In this document: positions 27,387 to 37,963 of the stretch, piece after piece
Numbering within the stretch: the stretch's first letter is position 1
Layout: every line of letters begins with the position of its first letter
NCBI GenBank assembly: GCA_964549075.1
Contig: CAZJUB010000008.1
Coordinates: forward strand, 23,077 to 69,109
Reading direction: 5' to 3'
Length of the DNA stretch: 46,033 bases
From: an uncultured archaeon
GTDB lineage: Archaea > Asgardarchaeota > Heimdallarchaeia > Heimdallarchaeales > Heimdallarchaeaceae
The notes under the pieces: model-generated
Told to the model about the DNA's origin: nothing
Database searches by the model: none
What the model saw: only the letters and a program-made list of their open reading frames with translations
Made by a program: the position numbers and the translations under genes

Positions 27387-27839
27387 ATGGCAAGAATCCA
27401 TGCAAGAAGAAGAGGTCAAGCAAGTTCAACTAGACCATATAGAAATCAACCTCCAGAATGGATGATTCATGATAAGGAATTCATAATAAAGAAAATAGAA
27501 GAATTACGACGACAAGGTCAATCAACTGCGATGATTGGAGTTTTCTTAAGAGATCAGTATGGTATTCCGAATGTTAAAGAAATTTTAGGAGTTAAAATTT
27601 CAGCAATAGTTGAAGAACTAGATCTAAAATCAAAATATCCAGAAGACTTAGTTAATCTGGTTAGAAAAGCAACTAATCTTAGAAGACATTTAGAGGATAA
27701 TAAAAAAGATCTTCACAGTAAACGAGGTTTACAACTAATAGAATCTAAAATTAGACGTTTAGTTAAATATTACAAAAAGAAAGGTATCTTTCCAACTAAT
27801 TGGAAATATGATCCAAAAACAGCTGGTCTTCTTTTATAA
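27387..27839 (+). CDS. rps15: 30S ribosomal protein uS15
   Basis: MARIHARRRG.ASSTRP, LRDQYGIP, PEDL, LIESKIRRLVKYYK. Confidence 0.97.
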   Translation: MARIHARRRGQASSTRPYRNQPPEWMIHDKEFIIKKIEELRRQGQSTAMIGVFLRDQYGIPNVKEILGVKISAIVEELDLKSKYPEDLVNLVRKATNLRRHLEDNKKDLHSKRGLQLIESKIRRLVKYYKKKGIFPTNWKYDPKTAGLLL

Positions 27840-27898
27840 GATACGATATTCTTTTATTTTTTCATTTCCTTCTTATTTTATAGAATAGTGATTAGCTA

Positions 27899-29374
27899 AT
27901 GTCAAAAGAAGAATTTCCTTTCGATAATTACTCAAAACTAAAAGAAAAGTCTGTCGAAGTATCAGATTTGTTAGCAAGAAGTGAGAAAACTATAGCAATA
28001 ATAGCAAAAGCACATCCCGATAACATAAGTGCAACTGGTATTATACTCTCTTGTCTTAGAAAATTGGAGAAGGGAAGCCATGCCATTATCTTGGATTATT
28101 TAGAAGACATTGAAAAAAGAATAAAAAACGCTGATTATTCGATTTTTATATTCATAGGATTCGAGATTAAAGAATTACCTGAAAAAATATTAAAAGATGA
28201 AAATAACCAAATTATTATAATTGAACATAAATTCAAGATAGATAAAAGAGTCAAAATTCCTTGGGAAAGATTTCACATCTTATCTCTAGATTCTTATGAA
28301 TTAGCAACTAATTTATTATCAAATTCTGGTCTAGCATATTTGATAGCTAGCGGTTTCAATAATGATTATTACGAATATGCAGGATTAGCAATTTTAGGAG
28401 GATTATCGAAGAAGCAAATTGATCAAAAAAGTCAAAAACTAATCGGAATAAATTTGCTTATTTTAGAAGAAGGAAAGGAAAATAAAGTTCTGAGAGAAAC
28501 AACTGGAACAAGAATTCCCGGTAGAGAAAGTCAGCCCATTCACTTAGCTTTAAAATTTTCAAATAATCCTTTTTTTCCAGGTTTAACTGGCAATGAACCT
28601 GCTTGTACATCGTTTATTTCTAAATTAGGAATCTCTATGAAGGATCAAGACGGGAATTTTAGAACAATTTCTTCTTTAACCTCTGAGGAAACAAAGAAAT
28701 TAAATGATGGTTTAATTACCCTATTAATGGGGGAAAAAGGGCAACCGTTAACCGAGATTTCCAAATTAATTGGTCCCATATATATTCAAGAATTAGAAAC
28801 TAAGAAAAATCAACTGCGTAACATAGAAGAATATCTTTGGATACTTGATGGGGCTACACAGTTGAAAAAATATGGATTAGCTCTAGCTGTAGTCCTTGGA
28901 GATCGTGAGAACATATATGATAAGCTTATGAGAGAATTGAGCAATTATCACGGGAAAGCAACAACCATAATTGAAGAAATAATTCAAAATCCAGATATTG
29001 CGGAAGAACGACCTTATTTCCGATTGATAAAAAACCAAGATTTCTTCGAATTTGAATCTGCACCTCTTGTTATCAAAGCACTTGTAGATAGTAACATTAT
29101 TCCAATTGACAAACCACTGATTTTACACATAAAAGAGAATTCTGAAAATTATTTGTTTATTCATGACTCACCAATTAACATGAAAACAGGTTATCTAGCT
29201 TTTCAAATCTTTCAAGAATTGCGAAAAGAGGAAGATTTTCAGGATTTATCAGTAAAAGGTGATATTGACTTCTTTTACACCTATATTAAAGAAGACAAAC
29301 TTGAATTGTTCTTAGAAGAATTGGAAAAAAAATTTACTTATCATTACAAAGGTAAAGGTTCAGATAAAAAATAG
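27899..29374 (+). CDS. GAN/RecJ/Cdc45-like DHH-family protein with degenerate nuclease motifs
   Basis: Position uS15-X-pcc1-eS1. Family motifs SNSGLAY, GIN..IL, GRE..P...L..S.NPF.PGLTG are present, but the DxDG and DHH motifs are lost. Confidence 0.8.
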   Translation: MSKEEFPFDNYSKLKEKSVEVSDLLARSEKTIAIIAKAHPDNISATGIILSCLRKLEKGSHAIILDYLEDIEKRIKNADYSIFIFIGFEIKELPEKILKDENNQIIIIEHKFKIDKRVKIPWERFHILSLDSYELATNLLSNSGLAYLIASGFNNDYYEYAGLAILGGLSKKQIDQKSQKLIGINLLILEEGKENKVLRETTGTRIPGRESQPIHLALKFSNNPFFPGLTGNEPACTSFISKLGISMKDQDGNFRTISSLTSEETKKLNDGLITLLMGEKGQPLTEISKLIGPIYIQELETKKNQLRNIEEYLWILDGATQLKKYGLALAVVLGDRENIYDKLMRELSNYHGKATTIIEEIIQNPDIAEERPYFRLIKNQDFFEFESAPLVIKALVDSNIIPIDKPLILHIKENSENYLFIHDSPINMKTGYLAFQIFQELRKEEDFQDLSVKGDIDFFYTYIKEDKLELFLEELEKKFTYHYKGKGSDKK

Positions 29375-29390
29375 GTAAGAGCTGTGGTAA

Positions 29391-29663
29391 ATGGTATTTA
29401 ACAAAACAACGATAACCCTTTCTATAGAATGTTCGAACGAAAATTTTGCTAATATAATCTTAAAGTCACTAGAACCTGAAAATAAGCAAATTGATGAAAA
29501 TAGTGAAATTCAAATGTTTTTGGATAAAGAGAATCTTTTCATAAAATTCTCATCCTTTTCTTCAATTTCCACCGTAAGAAATACTATTGATGATATCCTA
29601 AGTACCATAAATACAAGTGAGAGAATCTATAAGACACTAAAAAAAGACATCGAAAAACATTGA
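29391..29663 (+). CDS. pcc1: KEOPS complex subunit Pcc1
   Basis: A.II.KSLEPE and S..RNTIDD.L pattern, size and synteny. Confidence 0.8.
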   Translation: MVFNKTTITLSIECSNENFANIILKSLEPENKQIDENSEIQMFLDKENLFIKFSSFSSISTVRNTIDDILSTINTSERIYKTLKKDIEKH

Positions 29664-29755
29664 TACTTTTTTACTCTTGTTCGAGATTCTAACTAAACAT
29701 AATATTTAAAACTCAATTAAAGAAGAAGGAAAACAACATAATTGAGGTTAAGCCT

Positions 29756-30391
29756 TTGTCATCTCGAAGACCAACTAGAAAATCAAAAGCAAAAGCTAAA
29801 ATTGTAGACAAATGGAAAGAGAAATCTTGGTACGAAGTAAACGCAGCAAATTATATTGTTGAGAAATCTTTAGGTGAAACTCCCGCAAATGAGCCAGAAA
29901 AACTAATTGGTAGAGTTATTGAGATGGCTAGACTTGGAGTTGCAGAGGATATTTTCTATGATATTAATTTGAAGATAAGATTTCGAATTACAAGAGTAGA
30001 AGGTAATGTTTGTAAAACCGAATTTGATGGACACGAAATCGCAAAAGAACAGATTCGTTCTCAAATACGTAGAAACCGTTCGAAAATTGAAGCAATTCAA
30101 AATGTTATTACTAAAGATCGTGCAAGATTAAGAATTTCATCCATTGTTATTACACCGATGAGATGTGGTACTAGCACTCAAAAAATTGTTAGAAAAGCGA
30201 TTATTGACTATCTTAGTTCTAAAGCAAAAGGATTAACATTTGATGAATTCTCTAAGAGTTTAGTAAATGGTGAAATTTCTTCTGAGTTAAAAACTGAGGT
30301 ATCAAAAATATTTCCATCAGTATTAGTAGATATTAGAAAAAGCAAGGTTATAGTATTACCAGAATCAAAAGGAGTAGCAGTTTCAACTTAA
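29756..30391 (+). CDS. rps3ae: 30S ribosomal protein eS1 (S3Ae)
   Basis: DKWKEKSWY, LIGRVIE, TEF.GHE, RS.IRR.RSKI, KIFP...IRKS. TTG start with SD GAGGT. Confidence 0.95.
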   Translation: MSSRRPTRKSKAKAKIVDKWKEKSWYEVNAANYIVEKSLGETPANEPEKLIGRVIEMARLGVAEDIFYDINLKIRFRITRVEGNVCKTEFDGHEIAKEQIRSQIRRNRSKIEAIQNVITKDRARLRISSIVITPMRCGTSTQKIVRKAIIDYLSSKAKGLTFDEFSKSLVNGEISSELKTEVSKIFPSVLVDIRKSKVIVLPESKGVAVST

Positions 30392-30434
30392 TATTAAGAT
30401 TATATTCATTTTTTATATTTATTAACTGCTATTT

Positions 30435-31637
30435 TCACTTTGCCGCTGATACTATTTTTACCACATCGTTATTTTGAAGTTCATAATCTGCGCCTATTCG
30501 TCTTCCTGAAGGAGCTAAGCTAGCATGAATGAAATTTTTAGCAAAATCAGTGTGAACTTTAGCTGCTAACTCAATGGCTGTTGTTCCTTTAGGAACTAAG
30601 AATGCATCAGGTAGAACATTACCTGATTTATCTGAAAGTTTAGAAATGTCTTCAACAGGATAAACAACTATCATATTAAGTAATTCAAATACAACCTTAG
30701 TAAGAACATTCTGAACTCCTGTAGATCCATACTTATCTAGCAAATCGGTTTTTATCCTTTTAAGAAGCTGTTTCTTGCTTTCACTTAATTTCTTTTCATC
30801 AAGAATAGTAAAATCAGAATCACCTTGTGTGTATCGTATTGTTTCATTTTCATTTTCAGTTCTAAGAAAAACTTCAGCTAGAGCTGAAACAGGGAATACT
30901 TCTGTATCTAATTCTTGCTGTAATTTTTTGTAATTTTCTGCAGAGTAGGGTTGGTCAATCTTATTTGCAACTATTATAATGGGTTTTGATTTTTTTCTAA
31001 TTGTTGATATGAGAATATCTAATTTTTCATCCCATGTGTTTACATCATCATCAGTTATTCCTAGTTCTCGAATTGAAGCATCAATTTGATGTTTCTTAAT
31101 TGCAAGTCCTGTTAATTTCTCATAAAGTAGAACAGAAAAACGCAATTTCTCAGCAGCAGCCTTCTTTTTCATTACTTCATAATCCCTCATTATAATGGAT
31201 TTTATCCAAGCATCTATTTCTTGTTCAAGAAAGCTTACATCTTTTAGAGGATCCCAACTTCCTTTATCAATTTGATTACCTTCAGCATCAAGAGAGCCAC
31301 TAGCGTCTATAACATGTATTAGAACATCAGCTTGTATTAAATCGTCCAGAAACTTGTTTCCTAGTCCTCTTCCCTCTGATGCTCCTGGGACTAAACCAGC
31401 AACGTCTAAAATTTGTATTGGAAGATATCTTGTACCATCTTTACAAATTGAATTCTTTGGATTGTCTTGAACATTTAATTTTTTGCAGACACAAGGACTC
31501 TGCGCATAAGCAGTTCCTCTGTTTGGATTTACTGTAGTAAAAGGGTAGTCTCCAACTTTAGCATTTACCATTGTAAGTGCATTAAGAAAAGTGCTTTTAC
31601 CACAACTTGGTTTGCCAACAATTCCTATTAACATCAC
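30435..31637 (-). CDS. OBG-family translation-associated GTPase (archaeal YchF/Ygr210-like) with TGS domain
   Basis: GKPSCGKST, YPFTT, DVAGLVPGA..GRGLGNKFL, NKID, VLPDA, KVHTD. Confidence 0.93.
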   Translation of the reverse strand: MMLIGIVGKPSCGKSTFLNALTMVNAKVGDYPFTTVNPNRGTAYAQSPCVCKKLNVQDNPKNSICKDGTRYLPIQILDVAGLVPGASEGRGLGNKFLDDLIQADVLIHVIDASGSLDAEGNQIDKGSWDPLKDVSFLEQEIDAWIKSIIMRDYEVMKKKAAAEKLRFSVLLYEKLTGLAIKKHQIDASIRELGITDDDVNTWDEKLDILISTIRKKSKPIIIVANKIDQPYSAENYKKLQQELDTEVFPVSALAEVFLRTENENETIRYTQGDSDFTILDEKKLSESKKQLLKRIKTDLLDKYGSTGVQNVLTKVVFELLNMIVVYPVEDISKLSDKSGNVLPDAFLVPKGTTAIELAAKVHTDFAKNFIHASLAPSGRRIGADYELQNNDVVKIVSAAK

Positions 31638-31749
31638 TAGTTAGGAATCTTCTAAAAATAAAGACTTTTTGTATATACTATATTTAGAAAAAATCGGCAA
31701 GATAATACATGAACTCAATCTTTTTTAGTGTACCAAAGTTTCTTCACAT

Positions 31750-32103
31750 ATGTCCAAAAGAAGAGACTCTTTAGACAATGAAAATGAGGAAGCAGATTTT
31801 CAGGATTATTATCCAGCACTTTACAAAGAAATAGTTGAAGGTGAAGAAAGGATAATGGAAGAAGAAGTAAGAACCACAGCTGGGTCAAAAAAAATTAGAA
31901 AATTCAGAGGATATATGCCGGGTGTCATTGATTTTATTTGCAGATGTACAAGAGAAGAAGAAGCACTGGAAATCATAGACTTCATGTTAAATAAAGGGGA
32001 AATCTCAGAAAATCAAGCTAAAAAATTACGAAAACAATTAAAAGAAAAAGGATTGGACTTTTTTGGAGAACACAGAGCCCCAGGTTATTATGAGAGAGCA
32101 TGA
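31750..32103 (+). CDS. DUF2095-family protein
   Basis: YPAL..E, GY.P.VIDFI.RC..EEALEII.F...GEIS, FG....GYY. Confidence 0.8.
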   Translation: MSKRRDSLDNENEEADFQDYYPALYKEIVEGEERIMEEEVRTTAGSKKIRKFRGYMPGVIDFICRCTREEEALEIIDFMLNKGEISENQAKKLRKQLKEKGLDFFGEHRAPGYYERA

Positions 32104-32174
32104 TGAAACTTAATTTTCACTAACTTATCATAATCTATTATTCAATTTTTAAAAATTAAAAAAAAGAAAGAATA

Positions 32175-33410
32175 TTATTCTTCCTTATTATAAACTATTT
32201 CTCCATTTATGAAAGTCATTTTATTTTCAGCATAGAAGTTTTCTAGTGGATGGTTTGACCAGATAACCAAATCAGCATCTTTACCTTTTTCTAGACTCCC
32301 CAATCGATCACCAACGCCAATCATTTCTGCAGAGTTGATAGTAACAGCTTTAAGAGCTTCATTAATGGGAAGACCACATTTAACAGCCATACATGGTAAA
32401 ACTTGAAAATATTTCAATCTAGTAAAAGAATCACTTTGTATGGAGATCTTGACACCAGCTTTCCAAAGAATTCCTGGTGTTTTAAAAGATATATTACGAA
32501 GCTCAACTTTTTCAAAACCGACGAGGGAGGGACCAACAGAAACTGGAACGCCTTTCTTAGCAATATAATCAGCAATTTTATGACCTTCTGTAGCATGAAT
32601 TAATACAAGGTCAAGATCAAATTCTTCAGATAAACGAATTGCTGTAACTACATCGTAGGAGGTATGACAGTGGAAGTTCAATGGGATCTCTTTATTGAGT
32701 ACTTTAAGCAATGCTTCTTTTCCTAAATCTCGCTCTGGTTCAACAGGAATTTTATCTAATTCTCCATCATTTTCAGCTTTTTCCTTCTTCTTTTCATAGT
32801 CTTTCCATTTTTTAGCATAATTTTGAGCATCAATAAACGCTTTCCTAAATATTGCAGCAGTGCCCATTCGTGTTGAGGGTTGTTTTTTGTCTGTTCCATA
32901 TACTCGCTTTGGATTTTCTCCTAATGCAGCTTTCATTGAAGAGGGATTCTTAACAATCATTTCATCAAGAATTTTACTTTTGTTAAAGGTTTTAATTATT
33001 ATATCAGTTCCTCCGATTACATTTCCGCTACCAGGACCTGTTTGAATTGCAGTTACTCCACCAATCCTAGCTTCTTCAAGACCAGGGTCTTCAGGATTAA
33101 CAGCATCTATTGCCCTTACATATGCAGTAGTGGGATCAGTCATTTCATTTCCGTCAAATCCTGCCCAACCTATACTTCCGTCAAAAAGACCTTGATGGGT
33201 ATGAGAGTCAATGAATCCAGGCAATACACACATTCCTGTAGCATCAATTACTTCATAGCCTTCAGGAACAGGAACGTCTCCTTCAATAATACTGTCAATT
33301 TTTCCATTCTTAATGAGTATAGTACCTTTTTCAATCACTGTTTCATTTTTATCTACAGTGTAAATTTTTCCATTTTTAATTGCGTAATTCATACTAATTA
33401 CTTCTTTCAA
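32175..33410 (-). CDS. Amidohydrolase-family metallohydrolase
   Basis: PGFIDSHTH, GPGSGNVIGG, MKAALGENPKRVYG, PSTRMG, GSLEKGKDADLVIW. Start may be 33392. Confidence 0.92.
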   Translation of the reverse strand: MKEVISMNYAIKNGKIYTVDKNETVIEKGTILIKNGKIDSIIEGDVPVPEGYEVIDATGMCVLPGFIDSHTHQGLFDGSIGWAGFDGNEMTDPTTAYVRAIDAVNPEDPGLEEARIGGVTAIQTGPGSGNVIGGTDIIIKTFNKSKILDEMIVKNPSSMKAALGENPKRVYGTDKKQPSTRMGTAAIFRKAFIDAQNYAKKWKDYEKKKEKAENDGELDKIPVEPERDLGKEALLKVLNKEIPLNFHCHTSYDVVTAIRLSEEFDLDLVLIHATEGHKIADYIAKKGVPVSVGPSLVGFEKVELRNISFKTPGILWKAGVKISIQSDSFTRLKYFQVLPCMAVKCGLPINEALKAVTINSAEMIGVGDRLGSLEKGKDADLVIWSNHPLENFYAENKMTFINGEIVYNKEE

Positions 33411-33516
33411 GAGATTTTTTAAATGGATTCCTTGATAGATGAAAAGTTATATATAACAACCTCAGATAGAGGAGGGTTTAAAAATTAAAGTATCTGTTTA
33501 TCTTCAGTGAAAGCTT

Positions 33517-33858
33517 ATGACATCAGGTTTAGTAGATCGATTAAAAGAATTTGGCAAAGAAATGAAAGATTGGGATAAGAAAAAAACAAGTGTTCTTGGA
33601 GTCACAATTGTAAAACTACCCAGTAAGGGTGAGGAACCCAGCTTCGGATTGGAAATTATTCCAATTAATGAGGAAGGAATTCCCTTAAAACGAAAAGGTA
33701 AAGGTCTTTTTATTACTTCACTTGAACAATGGGAAGCATTTAAAGACATTTTTAACAACGATAAAGCCCATGATTTAATTAATAGCATTGATAAAATCAG
33801 ACAGGCAAAAATTACAGTAGTTGAAGAAACAACAGATGAAGAAGTCTTTGAAGTATAA
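33517..33858 (+). CDS. Conserved archaeal hypothetical protein, possibly PC4-like
   Basis: MKDW.KK.T...GV.IVKLP and KGL.I.S.EQWEAFK, plus an acidic tail. Confidence 0.6.
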   Translation: MTSGLVDRLKEFGKEMKDWDKKKTSVLGVTIVKLPSKGEEPSFGLEIIPINEEGIPLKRKGKGLFITSLEQWEAFKDIFNNDKAHDLINSIDKIRQAKITVVEETTDEEVFEV

Positions 33859-33882
33859 TTATTTTCAAGGTGTTAATAACAA

Positions 33883-35184
33883 ATGAAGGTGATAATACTA
33901 GCTGCAGGAGAAGGAACTAGATTACAACCTTTAACAAGTAACACTCCCAAACCACTATTGAAGGTTTTAGGAATTCCTATTCTAAAAAGATTAATAGATA
34001 GTTTTCTTAAGAATGATGTAAAATCATTTGTTATTATAACTAATTATCTTGAAGGTAAAATAAAAACATACTTAACAGAACAATTTCCTACTATAGATAT
34101 TTGTTATGTACATCAAAAGGAATTAAAAGGTACAGGAAACGCGTTCCTTTTAGCTGAATCTTTCATTAAGGAGGAATTTTTCATAGGTGTATATGGTGAT
34201 TGCCTTTATTCAGAGTCACTAATAAAACAGACTGTTGATGCAGCAAAGAATGGTATTCTTTCAGTCGGTGGAAAAATCACTGAAGACACAAAAAATTTTG
34301 GAATTATCATTGAAAAAAGCGAAAATATCCCAAAAGAGATCAGGGAAAAACCTCAAAAAGAAGAAATCCCCAAAGGTTATGCTAACACAGGTATCTATTC
34401 ACTAAGTAAGGAAATCTTCAAAATTCTCCATAATCAAGAAGACAATAAAATGATATCATCTAGAGGAGAATATGAAATTCCTGACGCAGTAAATGTTCTT
34501 TTAAAAGATGGTAAATATCAGAAAAAACTCTTAAAATTAAGAAAAAAAGACTACTGGTTTGACCTCGGACGTCCTTGGTCGCTTCTTGAGGCAACTGAAG
34601 AATTACTCTCACAAATTGAACAGAAAATAGATGGCACCATAGAAGAAGGAGTACACATTAAAGGAAAAGTTGTTTTAAGGAAGGGGGCTATATTAAGAAG
34701 TGGTACGTATGTTGAAGGACCTGTGTTTTTTGATGAAGGAGCAGATATTGGTCCTAATTGTTATATTCGGAAGTTTTCCTACTTCGGAAAGAATTCCAGA
34801 ATAGGTAACGGTTGTGAGGTTAAGAATTCAGTTATAGGTGACAATACTCATGCAGCTCACCTTTCTTATATTGGTGATTCTATTTTGGATGAAAATTGTA
34901 ACCTTGGTGCAGGAACCATTACAGCAAATCTTAGATTAGATAAAGGTAATATCTCTGTTATAATTAATGGAAAAAAAGAAGATAGTAAAAGACGAAAACT
35001 AGGTGCTATTATTGGAGAGGGTGTTGAAACAGGTATTGGAGTCTTAATAATGCCTGGAATTAAGATAGGGAAAGGTTCGTGGATAGGTGCAGGAACAATA
35101 GTAAATGAAAATATACCAGAAAATTCAATTTTCTTTGGAACTCAGAATTATACTCTGAAAAGGAAAAGAAATGATGCAAATTAA
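33883..35184 (+). CDS. glmU: Bifunctional sugar-1-phosphate nucleotidylyltransferase/acetyltransferase (GlmU-like)
   Basis: ILAAGEGTRL.PLT..PKPL, S.RGEYE, hexapeptide region EVKNS, HLSYIGDS, NLGAGTITANLR. Confidence 0.92.
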   Translation: MKVIILAAGEGTRLQPLTSNTPKPLLKVLGIPILKRLIDSFLKNDVKSFVIITNYLEGKIKTYLTEQFPTIDICYVHQKELKGTGNAFLLAESFIKEEFFIGVYGDCLYSESLIKQTVDAAKNGILSVGGKITEDTKNFGIIIEKSENIPKEIREKPQKEEIPKGYANTGIYSLSKEIFKILHNQEDNKMISSRGEYEIPDAVNVLLKDGKYQKKLLKLRKKDYWFDLGRPWSLLEATEELLSQIEQKIDGTIEEGVHIKGKVVLRKGAILRSGTYVEGPVFFDEGADIGPNCYIRKFSYFGKNSRIGNGCEVKNSVIGDNTHAAHLSYIGDSILDENCNLGAGTITANLRLDKGNISVIINGKKEDSKRRKLGAIIGEGVETGIGVLIMPGIKIGKGSWIGAGTIVNENIPENSIFFGTQNYTLKRKRNDAN

Positions 35185-36805
35185 AGAGCAAAATTCTATA
35201 AGAAAGGCTTGGACTTCAGGTAAAGTAAAGATTGGGTTATTGTATCCCAACACTTATCGAGTAGCTATGACAAGTTTAGGAGTACAATTGCTCTATTTTC
35301 TTTTTAATGCTTGGGAAGATATTATTTGTGAACGAATTTTCAAACCTTTAAATCAAAATATTGAACCTTATTCATTGGAGAATCAGAAAAAACCTTCTGA
35401 TTTCGATATAATAGCAATCTCATGCCAATTTGAACACGACTATATTCAAGCTACAGAATTATTGATTAGAAGTGGAATTGATCCTGATGTCAGGAAAAGA
35501 AAAAAAGAAGATCCACTTATCATCTGTGGAGGACCTTCAATAACAGCAAATCCGTTTCCAGTTTTATTTTTAGCTGATGCGTTGTTTCTCGGAGACATTG
35601 AACCAATATCAGAAAAAATGATTGATGCGTTTCTACAGCGTACAAAAAGCGAAAGAATTGAAGCATTGTCTTCTATTTCTGGAGTAATAGCCTTTGGTGA
35701 TCATTATAATGAAAAAGGTGAATGGATAGGAGAACATAAACAAAGTGTCAAGTTAGAGGATTTGTCTAGTGGATTTTACCCAATTAAACAAATAATACCG
35801 GAAGGAGTTAAAGGCACGAAAAACGAACCAATTTTTGGTAAAGCTTTCTATTTAGAAACAGATAGGGGATGTTCAGAAAGGTGCATGTTTTGCTTTGTTG
35901 GACATTGCCGATTCCCTAGAGCTGCAAGAAGTTTGGATTCCTTAATTGAAATAGTTGATAAGGCAAGTGAAGTAAATGAATTTGATAAAATAGTACTATA
36001 TGGTAGCGCAATTGCCCAATCTGATAGTTTAGAAGATTTAGTTGAGTACATTATATCCAAAAATTACGAAATCTCTTGTTCTTCCATAAGATCAGATTAT
36101 CTAACAGAAGGTGTATTAAAAGCATTAAAAAAAGGAAAACAAAGAACCCTAGCTTTAGCTCCTGAAACAGGTTATGAGGCATTGCGTAAAGCATTAAATA
36201 AACATATGACTGATGAATCAATATTTTCATCTCTACGACTAGCATGGGAAATAGGTTTCAGACAACTGAAGCTTTACATGATTTATGGTTTTCCTCAAGA
36301 ACCACCACAAACAAAAGAATTAACAGAGAATTTCATTTCAGAGATTAGAAAAAAGTATTTTCCTACAGGAAGAATCAGTATTTCTATGAACCAGTTCATT
36401 ACAAAAGCACAAACACCACTTCAATTTGCTCCTATGATAACTGTAAAAGAGTCGAAGGATGTTCAAAAATGGTATAAAAAACACTTATACCAAATAAAGA
36501 ATGTCCAATTATCTTTATATAGTTCTGAATGGTCAATAATACAAAGAATACTATCACTTAGAGGACAAGATTATTTCTCTATTATTCGAACAATAGCTGA
36601 AACAGGAAACACAATAGGGAACTGGAAGAAAATACTGAAAATATATGATAGTGATCTTGACCAAGAAGCTCTTTGGACATATTCTACATCAGATTCATTA
36701 CCATGGGACAAAATCACATTAGAACCACAAAAAAAAGCGCTTATTTCAGCTTTTAAAAGATACAATCAGTTTGTAAATTCTGAGAAGAGTATCAAGCATA
36801 GTTAA
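35171..36805 (+). CDS. Radical SAM protein with B12-binding-like N-terminal domain
   Basis: YPNTY.VAMTSLG, GGP..TANP, RGCSERCMFC, LAPETG, KLY.IYG.P, F..K..TP.Q. Confidence 0.88.
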   Translation: MMQIKEQNSIRKAWTSGKVKIGLLYPNTYRVAMTSLGVQLLYFLFNAWEDIICERIFKPLNQNIEPYSLENQKKPSDFDIIAISCQFEHDYIQATELLIRSGIDPDVRKRKKEDPLIICGGPSITANPFPVLFLADALFLGDIEPISEKMIDAFLQRTKSERIEALSSISGVIAFGDHYNEKGEWIGEHKQSVKLEDLSSGFYPIKQIIPEGVKGTKNEPIFGKAFYLETDRGCSERCMFCFVGHCRFPRAARSLDSLIEIVDKASEVNEFDKIVLYGSAIAQSDSLEDLVEYIISKNYEISCSSIRSDYLTEGVLKALKKGKQRTLALAPETGYEALRKALNKHMTDESIFSSLRLAWEIGFRQLKLYMIYGFPQEPPQTKELTENFISEIRKKYFPTGRISISMNQFITKAQTPLQFAPMITVKESKDVQKWYKKHLYQIKNVQLSLYSSEWSIIQRILSLRGQDYFSIIRTIAETGNTIGNWKKILKIYDSDLDQEALWTYSTSDSLPWDKITLEPQKKALISAFKRYNQFVNSEKSIKHS

Positions 36806-36814
36806 ATGTAAGAT

Positions 36815-37477
36815 GTGTTATTTTTGAAATTTCCAACATCAATAGAAGGAGCAAAGGAATATCAAAGAGAGATTGTAAAGCATATTATACTTTCTGATTC
36901 TTTTTCCAATACAAATATTATTGGAGCTTTTGATATAGCTTATAAAGGTGAGGAAGCTTTTGCTGCATGTGTCATTTATGATAGCTCCTTACAAACAATC
37001 ATCGAACAGAAGACCATTAAAGCTAGAATCGAGTTTCCATATATTCCAGGTTACTTATTCTTAAGAGAAGTACCTCATTTTTTGAAACTATTAGAGAAAA
37101 TAGAGAAAATACCTGAGATTGCTATAGTTGATGGCCAAGGGATAGCACACCCAAGAAGTGCAGGTTCTGCAACAATTTTTGGATTAATTACAGGCATCCC
37201 TACAATAGGTGTAGCAAAAAAACCTATGAGATACTTTACATATAGGAAGATTAAAAATAAAAATCTTGAGGAAATATATCTACACGAAAAAAAAGTAGGT
37301 TTCAGACATAGTTTTGTGAAAAAATGGAATCCAATCTATATATCTCCAGGACATAAAATTTCTCCAGAAACTGCATATAAAATTGTTAAGAATTTACTCA
37401 CGGAAAAATACAAATTACCTATACCACAATACTTAGCTCATAATTTAGCTGCTGAATATAAAAGGAAATTTTCTTAG
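36815..37477 (+). CDS. nfi: Endonuclease V
   Basis: GAFDIAY, FPYIPGYL.LRE, VDGQGIAHPR, PTIGVAK, PIYISPGH, YKLP.P. Confidence 0.93.
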   Translation: MLFLKFPTSIEGAKEYQREIVKHIILSDSFSNTNIIGAFDIAYKGEEAFAACVIYDSSLQTIIEQKTIKARIEFPYIPGYLFLREVPHFLKLLEKIEKIPEIAIVDGQGIAHPRSAGSATIFGLITGIPTIGVAKKPMRYFTYRKIKNKNLEEIYLHEKKVGFRHSFVKKWNPIYISPGHKISPETAYKIVKNLLTEKYKLPIPQYLAHNLAAEYKRKFS

Positions 37478-37963
37478 TTTTATAATTTCAGTTTCGTATT
37501 TTACATATCAGAATTAGTTTAGATTTAAGTTAATTTCGGCAAAAATCTAAACATCAAATTTTTATCTTCTTTTTTCGTTTTTGTAACTCAAATTTTTGTA
37601 AGTGATTTTGTCTATAAAAAACAAGAGAATATCCTTTGAAAATAAAGAACTGTAATGATTTTTAGATTAAAAAATTTTAATTATAATTAAAAAACACAAA
37701 AAAAATGAAAATAAATCAAAAAAACAAAGAAATAATATAACTTTATAAATTGAGCCAAAACCCTGAATTGAGCACTTAGAAAAGTTTACTGCAAAAAAAT
37801 AAACTCTATACGATAGAAACTGCTTTTTTTGTATATTTGTCTTGTGAACTCATTTTTTGTTAAAAAAGGATTGAAACTCGACATTTCACATATCTCGAGC
37901 GTTACCAATTTTGAATAAGTTTAAAAAGACTTTTTGTCGATTGATGTTTAACCAAAATAGGAA

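Noticed and set aside
27899-29374. Pseudogene call for the DHH protein
   Set aside because: Full-length uninterrupted ORF in a conserved operon. Only catalytic residues are altered.
37478-37963. Replication origin or unannotated gene
   Set aside because: No ORB-like G-string repeats, no adjacent cdc6/orc1, and no ORF of 60 aa or more in the track.
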